From: a virus
Lineage: Duplodnaviria > Caudoviricetes
Length of the DNA stretch: 30,559 bases
IMG/VR virus record: IMGVR_UViG_3300005805_000312
Span: 1-30,559 of that record
Strand: one strand, 5' to 3'
Both the position numbers and the translations under genes were made by a program. Under the pieces are notes generated by a model. It saw only the letters and a list, made by a program, of their open reading frames with translations. It had not been told where the DNA came from and searched no databases. Below are positions 25,402 through 30,559 of this stretch, piece by piece (positions within the stretch are counted from its first letter, which is position 1; each line of letters begins with the position of its first letter).

Positions 25402-25872
25402 GTGGATGACGAAAACCAGCCCCCATCCAATGCGCGCAAACGGCCCATTACCCGGGTCCCACAGACCAAGTACGTGCGCAAGACGCGCCGTGACCGGCTT
25501 CTGGCCAACGGCTTGAGGCCGCCCAAAGTGCGCGGAGACGAAAAGAAAAAGCGAAAGCGCGGACGCCCCAAGAAACCTGGAGCGCCGCGCAAGTATCGCG
25601 AAGACCCCAACCGCCTGTCGCCTTCCCACCGCAAGGGTGCACGCTTTCACACGGTCTCGGTACCGGAAGAGGCCTACGCCATGCTCAAGGAGATGAGCCT
25701 GTTCTACAAAAAATCCCTTGCGCGCGTCGTCGAGGACCTGATCAAGCCGGCTTTTGACAAGGCCTACCAGGAATCGCTGACGCTGGCGCGCATCGCTGCA
25801 AATAAGGAGAAAGCCCGTGCCACTGAGGAAACATCAGACGACAGTGACCCTCCCCGTCGAACTCATTTTTGA
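25402..25872 (+). CDS. Putative DNA-binding protein: basic region with AT-hook plus ribbon-helix-helix domain
   Basis: Start reassigned to GTG 25402 after AGAAAGGAGAA. KRGRPKK AT-hook core. FHTVSVPEEAYAMLKEMS..SLARVVEDLI fits the RHH pattern. Confidence 0.65.
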   Translation: MDDENQPPSNARKRPITRVPQTKYVRKTRRDRLLANGLRPPKVRGDEKKKRKRGRPKKPGAPRKYREDPNRLSPSHRKGARFHTVSVPEEAYAMLKEMSLFYKKSLARVVEDLIKPAFDKAYQESLTLARIAANKEKARATEETSDDSDPPRRTHF

Positions 25873-26053
25873 TGTCCTGCCGCCGCTGGAAGTGGAGGAC
25901 CGGGTCTTCCCTCCTATGCTGGACATCACCAAGATCATGGTGACGATCGTCGGTCCTAACGGCAAGCCCAGGACCATCGATATCACCAACACTTTCAGTG
26001 AGGAAGAGATCATGATGCTGGAAGACGACATCATGGAGAACTATGAAGAATGA
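25817..26053 (+). CDS. Hypothetical acidic protein
   Basis: GTG start after TAAGGAG. ATGA overlap with the next gene. Confidence 0.7.
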   Translation: MPLRKHQTTVTLPVELIFDVLPPLEVEDRVFPPMLDITKIMVTIVGPNGKPRTIDITNTFSEEEIMMLEDDIMENYEE

Positions 26054-26259
26054 AACTATCCGACGAACTACGCTCGGTCAGAGAAATCTTTCCAGCGATT
26101 GAGGCCCTTCTTGACGCCGCTGCACAGCGCATTGAGGACGCCCACTTGTGGAGAGCCGCCTGGCTAAAAGCAGAAGAGGAAGTTGACCAGTTGACAAAAG
26201 AACTGGAACTGCTACGATCTCAGCGTGTAAACAGAAAGGAGAAAGAGTGTGAAGACTAA
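26050..26259 (+). CDS. Hypothetical coiled-coil protein
   Basis: ATGA-coupled start and helical heptad pattern. Confidence 0.65.
   Translation: MKLSDELRSVREIFPAIEALLDAAAQRIEDAHLWRAAWLKAEEEVDQLTKELELLRSQRVNRKEKECED
26191..26218 (+). promoter_or_regulatory. Intragenic sigma70 promoter with extended -10
   Basis: TTGACA 26191-26196, 16 bp, TACGAT 26213-26218 preceded by TGn. AGAAAGGAGAA RBS follows at 26233. Confidence 0.6.
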
Positions 26260-26410
26260 TGAACTCATCCCCTGGCCGTGGCCCTTTGCTCAATGGAATG
26301 GTGAGCGTTGGGTGATGCCGATAGAGTTGGCCCCGAAGGAAGTACAGCAGGCCGCGAAGAAAGCCTCGCGGACCACGGACCTCGACGACTTTGAGGAGGC
26401 ACCGTTCTAA
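26249..26410 (+). CDS. 53-aa protein with an SSB-like acidic C-terminal tail (absent from the ORF track)
   Basis: GTG start 5 nt after AGAAAGGAGAA. Translates MKTNELIPWPWPFAQWNGERWVMPIELAPKEVQQAAKKASRTTDLDDFEEAPF and fills the gap exactly. Confidence 0.8.
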   Translation: MKTNELIPWPWPFAQWNGERWVMPIELAPKEVQQAAKKASRTTDLDDFEEAPF

Positions 26411-26411
26411 C

Positions 26412-26669
26412 ATGCTGTACACCAACCCTGAAACCAAAGAGACCAAGGTCCTGCGCATTCCACACACCATTCGGTATGTGGACACTGGCAAGGTTCGCAT
26501 CGGCAGTGCCTACATCGCGCCGCCCAAGCGCATGACCTACGATGAAGAAGTGATGCAGCGCCTGCTGATGGGAGAGCCGCTCCCGAATCGCTTCTCATGG
26601 ACCGTGTACACCCTGTACGTCATTGGCGTCTTGTGTCTACTCGCGGCCCTTTTGCAATTCTTCCGATGA
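26412..26669 (+). CDS. Hypothetical protein with a C-terminal transmembrane helix
   Basis: ATG 26412 with GAGGAGG upstream. Hydrophobic end WTVYTLYVIGVLCLLAALLQFF. Confidence 0.75.
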   Translation: MLYTNPETKETKVLRIPHTIRYVDTGKVRIGSAYIAPPKRMTYDEEVMQRLLMGEPLPNRFSWTVYTLYVIGVLCLLAALLQFFR

Positions 26670-27175
26670 AGAAGCGGAAAAAGCAGTACCGCCCCAAGCC
26701 CATTCGATTGGACGTGATGAACTACGTGCTCTCAGGCATGCGTCCGTTGAGTGGGGTCAAGGAGTGGTACTTGAACATCCAGATCAAGCAGCGCTCTGCC
26801 CTCGAAGCGCTTCGCAAAGGCATGGCTGGCAAGAGCGACATCGATACCTTGATGGCCATGTCCAACATGACCGAGGCCCTGGCTAAGTTCGGCAAGGGAT
26901 CGGACTGGATGGAAGAGATTCTCGCGTCACAGGAACAGCTTCGGCAGCTCGCCGAGTCTGGTGCCAAACGCGGAATGCGGTTCGTGATGAACTACCAGCA
27001 GTGGCAAGCGCTGAAGGACATCACGGACCTCCATGAAGTGCAGTTGGAAAACTGCACGGTGTACGACATTGAGCGCGCCTGCGACTACGTCGAGAAGCGC
27101 TTGCGTGCCGGTAACGCCACCTTAGTCCCACTACCTTCAAAGGAAAACCATGAGCAAGAGCCAAAAGATTCGTGA
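26666..27175 (+). CDS. Hypothetical phage protein (basic N-terminus, helical)
   Basis: Start reassigned to ATG 26666 (ATGA overlap). Begins MKKRKKQYRPKP. Confidence 0.75.
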   Translation: MKKRKKQYRPKPIRLDVMNYVLSGMRPLSGVKEWYLNIQIKQRSALEALRKGMAGKSDIDTLMAMSNMTEALAKFGKGSDWMEEILASQEQLRQLAESGAKRGMRFVMNYQQWQALKDITDLHEVQLENCTVYDIERACDYVEKRLRAGNATLVPLPSKENHEQEPKDS

Positions 27176-27653
27176 CGCATTCGTCAGTAACCCCGATGCC
27201 AAGCCGGCCGCTGTGGCCAAGAAGTTCGGCGCACCCATCTCCATGGTGTACCGGCTGCGCAAAGAAGTGCAGGCCTACATCCCCGTGAACAAAGAGATCG
27301 CGAAGCACTTCGCAAAGGCCTCGGGCGACGAGCCGAGCACCACGTTCAACGTGCCAGAAGGCGCGGGCACCGTGGAAGTCACCGACGTGCGCGAGACGCT
27401 GGACGAGCGCGGGGTGCGCTATGGGAAGTTCAAGGGCCACGCGCAAGTGACCCAGGCCATCAAGCGCGTCATGGCGGACCACGCCCGGGCGCACGACAAG
27501 ACCTTCACCGACAGCCAGTGGGAAGCCCTGGAGATGATCGCGCACAAACTCGGCCGCATCGTCAACGGCGACCCGGACTACGCCGACAGTTGGGTGGACA
27601 TCGCCGGCTACGCCATGCTGGTGGCCGATGATCTGCAGGGGGTGTCGCGATGA
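27150..27653 (+). CDS. HTH-like N-terminus plus DUF6378-type domain
   Basis: RBS AAGGA. PAAVAKKFGAPISMVYRLRK looks like an HTH. C-terminal LDERGVRYGKF...KLGRIVNGDPDYADSWVDIAGYA. Confidence 0.7.
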   Translation: MSKSQKIRDAFVSNPDAKPAAVAKKFGAPISMVYRLRKEVQAYIPVNKEIAKHFAKASGDEPSTTFNVPEGAGTVEVTDVRETLDERGVRYGKFKGHAQVTQAIKRVMADHARAHDKTFTDSQWEALEMIAHKLGRIVNGDPDYADSWVDIAGYAMLVADDLQGVSR

Positions 27654-28126
27654 GTCGATTGAACGACCACGCATGGCTGGAGTTCAAGGCCGCCGGCTGG
27701 CTCGACGAGGACGGCCGCTTCAAGGATGACATGCAGGAGGCCATCTGCACGCACGTCCTGAAGCTGCTGGAAATCTTTGCCGAAGAAGGCCACAGCGGCA
27801 CCACCGCACCCTACGCCGCCAACATGTTCAAGACCCTGGCCATGTTCGAGCCCATCGCCCCGCTGACCGGTGAGGACTGGGAGTGGACCGAGGCGAGCGA
27901 AGGTATCTTTCAAAACAAACGCTGCAGCCGCGTCTTTAAGCAGGCAGACCGCTTTGACGGCCAGGCCTACGACATCGAGGGCAAGGTCTTCTACGAGTGG
28001 CGCACTGACAAGGAGACGGGTGAGAAGTACAAGTCGCACTACACCTGCAGCGAGAGCTTCGTGCCGGTCACCTTTCCGTACAAGCCCATCCACAACTACG
28101 TCGAGCGCCCATCGGAGGCATCATGA
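27650..28126 (+). CDS. Hypothetical phage protein
   Basis: ATGA overlaps at both ends. Motifs FAEEGHSG, PLTGEDWEW and QNKRCSRVFK. Confidence 0.8.
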   Translation: MSRLNDHAWLEFKAAGWLDEDGRFKDDMQEAICTHVLKLLEIFAEEGHSGTTAPYAANMFKTLAMFEPIAPLTGEDWEWTEASEGIFQNKRCSRVFKQADRFDGQAYDIEGKVFYEWRTDKETGEKYKSHYTCSESFVPVTFPYKPIHNYVERPSEAS

Positions 28127-28473
28127 GCTTCAAGATGCCTGAGAAGTTCCGCGTCAAGCTCTCCGGCTACCCGGAGGGCGACGAGGGCAACGGAGCCTTC
28201 GTGGTCAAGCTCAAGCACAGCCAGGTGGTCTTCGTCCTGGCCAGTGATGGCGCGGGCTGGGAGCACGTGAGTGTCAGCCGCAAGGACCGCTGCCCGACCT
28301 GGGAAGAGATGTGCCAGGTGAAGGACCTCTTCTGGGACGACGAGGACGTGGTCATGCAGTTCCACGTGCCGTCCAAGGATCACGTCAACAACCATCCGTA
28401 CTGCCTGCACCTGTGGCGGCCACTTGGCCAGAACGTGCTGCGGCCGGATCGCATCATGGTGGGGTTCAAATGA
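28123..28473 (+). CDS. Hypothetical phage protein (His/Cys-rich)
   Basis: GWEHVSVS..RCPTWEEMCQVKDLFW..HVNNHPYCLHLW, a motif set I recall from many phages. Confidence 0.8.
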   Translation: MSFKMPEKFRVKLSGYPEGDEGNGAFVVKLKHSQVVFVLASDGAGWEHVSVSRKDRCPTWEEMCQVKDLFWDDEDVVMQFHVPSKDHVNNHPYCLHLWRPLGQNVLRPDRIMVGFK

Positions 28474-28928
28474 CAATCATCATCTGGGACCACAGAAACG
28501 GTCAGCTCGGCGCTGACAAGCAAGCGACACAGAGTGACCTGGTGCGTCGCGTGACCAAAATCCGTCGCATCAGAGACCACCTGTGCGCTGCTGCTGGGGA
28601 CTGGGACCTGGCGCAGGAGATGTTCCATTGGTTTGAGCATGGGGCTGATCCTGAGAAGCATCCGCCGTGCATGCGCAACAAAGACGACTGGGTAGCCTTC
28701 CTGGTGATCACACCCGACAAGCGTGTGCTCAAGTACGAGAAGAGTCCGTACCCGATGGACTTCACCGAGGCCGCACGCAGTGACGGCTGGTACGCCTTTG
28801 GTTCAGGCCGTGACTTCGCCATTGGGGCCATGGCTGCAGGTGCGGACATCCACACCGCCCTAGAGATCGTCAGCCGGTACTGCGCCGGATGTGGCATGGG
28901 AACAAACGTGATGTCTTTAATCGAGTAG
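28470..28928 (+). CDS. HslV/proteasome-beta-like Ntn hydrolase
   Basis: Start reassigned to ATG 28470, giving an N-terminal Thr. T..RNG..ADKQAT..KIRR..AAG and AFGSGRDFA parallel HslV motifs. Confidence 0.75.
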   Translation: MTIIIWDHRNGQLGADKQATQSDLVRRVTKIRRIRDHLCAAAGDWDLAQEMFHWFEHGADPEKHPPCMRNKDDWVAFLVITPDKRVLKYEKSPYPMDFTEAARSDGWYAFGSGRDFAIGAMAAGADIHTALEIVSRYCAGCGMGTNVMSLIE

Positions 28929-28934
28929 AAGTAC

Positions 28935-28965
28935 TTGACAGGTACTGCCTAGTACCAAGTAAAAT
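28935..28965 (+). promoter_or_regulatory. Sigma70 promoter (19-bp spacer) with a dyad in the spacer
   Basis: TTGACA 28935-28940, TAAAAT 28960-28965. Inverted repeat GGTACT-gcct-AGTACC at 28941-28956. AT-rich intergenic gap. Confidence 0.75.
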
Positions 28966-28994
28966 CAACTTGCCAACTTAGAAAGGAGAAAGGC

Positions 28995-29189
28995 ATGAAC
29001 TTCAGTCTCAACATGCATCGGGTTACCGATGTAATTCTTGGCCCCGTCAAAGTGAACGAGGGCACGCACGACACCTACGCCACGCGCACCATCGAGATCA
29101 AGACGCGTGAGGGCGACTTCGAGATCACGCTGTTCTCTGAACACGTGGGGGAAGACTTCGAGGGTGAGCTGCTGCAGGTGAAGTCATGA
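28995..29189 (+). CDS. Hypothetical small beta-rich protein
   Basis: ATG after AGAAAGGAGAA. First gene after the promoter. Confidence 0.8.
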   Translation: MNFSLNMHRVTDVILGPVKVNEGTHDTYATRTIEIKTREGDFEITLFSEHVGEDFEGELLQVKS

Positions 29190-29506
29190 GCATGAACACC
29201 CCATTCCACATGCGGAAGAAGGAGTTCTTGCTCTGGCACGCCGCCAACCCCAAGGTCTGGGAGTACTTCGAGCGCTTCACGATGGAGGCTATCCAGCATG
29301 GCCACCGTCGCCTGAGCCACTGGCTAATCCTCAACCGCGTGCGCTGGGAGGTCTTCATTCAGACCACCGGCCACGAGTTCAAGATCAGCAACGACCACTT
29401 CGCCTTCTACGCCCGACTGTGGATCACCACGCATCCCCAGTACCGCTACATCTTCAAGATCAAGCGCATGAAGGACGAGCCATGGCACGGGGATATGCCG
29501 CTATGA
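29186..29506 (+). CDS. Hypothetical phage protein (possibly nucleic-acid binding)
   Basis: ATGA overlaps. Motif HAANPKVW..NRVRWE..FKISNDHFAFYAR. Confidence 0.75.
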   Translation: MSMNTPFHMRKKEFLLWHAANPKVWEYFERFTMEAIQHGHRRLSHWLILNRVRWEVFIQTTGHEFKISNDHFAFYARLWITTHPQYRYIFKIKRMKDEPWHGDMPL

Positions 29507-30192
29507 GCCCGCTGATCCAGGAGATGGTCGCCCTGGCCGCGCAAGACGCGGTGGAGTTCCAGTGGTTCGACATGACCGCTGTCTACCGCCACGAGCAGCA
29601 CATCAGCGGTGAGCTCCTGGAGCGGCCGCTGCCCTTCCCTAAGACCGCGCTAGTGTGCGAGTACGAAGGCAAGAAGGTGCTGATCCTCATCAACCGCCTG
29701 GGCACTGTCACGGCGGTGGCCGGCTGGCAGCTCTACAGCAAGTCCTACCAGCCCACCGTGCCGTTTACCTTCATCGTCACCCCCGACGGTGTCAAGGTGC
29801 GGCACGAAGACGGCACCAAGTTCGACTACCGCACCAGCCCCGCCACCGGCGTGCTGGCTTTCATCTGCGCGTTCCTCGAATCCTTGGACGTGGCCCCCGC
29901 CACGGGCTACACGCCACTCAAACGCGCGAACTGGGCCAAGAAAATCCGCCAGGGCAAGGTCCCGTCCTACGACTGGACCACGGTGGTGATCGAGCCGCGC
30001 CGGCCACGGTCCGAGGACCAAGGTGGCACGCACGCGAGCCCGCGCTGGCACGAGCGCCGTGGGCATTGGCGCACGCTCAAGTCTGGCAAGCAGGTGTGGG
30101 TGAAAAACTGCGAGGTCGGGGACAAAACGCGCGGCGCGGTGTTCCACGACTACAAGATCAACGAGAAGGCCTTTGCGCCGGAGACGACATGA
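29503..30192 (+). CDS. Hypothetical phage protein with a C-terminal HxRRGHWR motif
   Basis: Start reassigned to ATG 29503. Contains THASPRWHERRGHWR..VWVKNCEVG. Confidence 0.8.
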   Translation: MSPLIQEMVALAAQDAVEFQWFDMTAVYRHEQHISGELLERPLPFPKTALVCEYEGKKVLILINRLGTVTAVAGWQLYSKSYQPTVPFTFIVTPDGVKVRHEDGTKFDYRTSPATGVLAFICAFLESLDVAPATGYTPLKRANWAKKIRQGKVPSYDWTTVVIEPRRPRSEDQGGTHASPRWHERRGHWRTLKSGKQVWVKNCEVGDKTRGAVFHDYKINEKAFAPETT

Positions 30193-30398
30193 CAGAAGAT
30201 GAAACACCGGTGTTCAGTGTCCACGGGCCACGGATCAAGACCCGCAAGCCGCGCACGCTGATTGCCGCCTCGGTGGTCTCGCAAGAGGCCTTCATCGAGA
30301 TCGACAGCACCCACATGAGCCAGGACTTCCTGATGAAGCTGATGTACCACGTCGGCCAGGGCAACATCCGGGTGAAGATCGCGGAGGTGCTGCAATGA
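30189..30398 (+). CDS. Hypothetical protein (69 aa)
   Basis: ATG 30189 after GGAG. ATGA overlaps on both sides. Confidence 0.7.
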   Translation: MTEDETPVFSVHGPRIKTRKPRTLIAASVVSQEAFIEIDSTHMSQDFLMKLMYHVGQGNIRVKIAEVLQ

Positions 30399-30559
30399 CC
30401 GAGTTCGACACCACCTGCTGCGGCATCCCTTGCACGATCCGCGTGACCTACTGGGAGCCCTACGTCCCAGCCAAAGTGAGCGGCCCGCCCGAGTACTGCT
30501 ACCCAGCGGAGGGCGGCTGCGGGGACTGGGAAATCCTCGACCGCAGGGGCCGACCCGCG
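30395..30559 (+). CDS. Hypothetical phage protein, 3'-truncated by the window
   Basis: ATG 30395 after GGAGG. Reads MTEFDTTCCGIPCTIRV...EILDRRGRPA, open to the window end. Confidence 0.7.
   Translation, partial: MTEFDTTCCGIPCTIRVTYWEPYVPAKVSGPPEYCYPAEGGCGDWEILDRRGRPA

Larger units (their letters stand above)
1..30559. mobile_element. Segment of a tailed dsDNA bacteriophage genome (probably podovirus-like; free phage vs prophage undetermined)
   Basis: Holin, lysozyme, tail and ejection-type proteins, phage-type exonuclease, SNF2, primase-polymerase, helicase and PolA. Near-continuous ATGA/TGATG gene overlaps. No cellular housekeeping genes. Confidence 0.95.

Noticed and set aside
1-30559. 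tRNA genes, introns/inteins, stop-codon reassignment, integrase/att sites
   Set aside because: No cloverleaf in the few intergenic gaps. PolA and the helicases are uninterrupted and of normal length. TAA, TAG and TGA all end genes normally. No recombinase was seen.

Overview
The whole window is a gene-dense, GC-rich segment of a tailed dsDNA phage, most likely podovirus-type. No host genes, tRNAs, CRISPR arrays, integrase, terminase, portal or capsid were recognised. Left arm (1-16047, + strand, late genes): holin and GH24 lysozyme, two small basic proteins that look like one split DUF5872-type gene, a Cys-rich protein with HiPIP-like spacing, tail/head-closure proteins, and four large putative ejection (internal virion) proteins. 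Two minus-strand genes (PD-(D/E)XK exonuclease, SNF2-type helicase) share a divergent control region at about 18150-18230 with the replication arm: SSB-like protein, AEP primase-polymerase, UvrD-like helicase and a family A DNA polymerase with Leu at the 762 position. A run of small accessory genes follows, including an AT-hook+RHH protein, an unannotated 53-aa protein with an SSB-like tail, a DUF6378 protein and an HslV-like Ntn protease. The best leads are a recurring MA[KR]GG module in the ejection proteins (possible targeting/processing system), an RBS-occluding structured leader in front of that operon, a candidate sRNA after the polymerase, the SSB-tail-mimic micro-protein with its own promoter, and two TTGACA promoters with 19-bp spacers. 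All family assignments come from motif recognition by eye; no searches were run.
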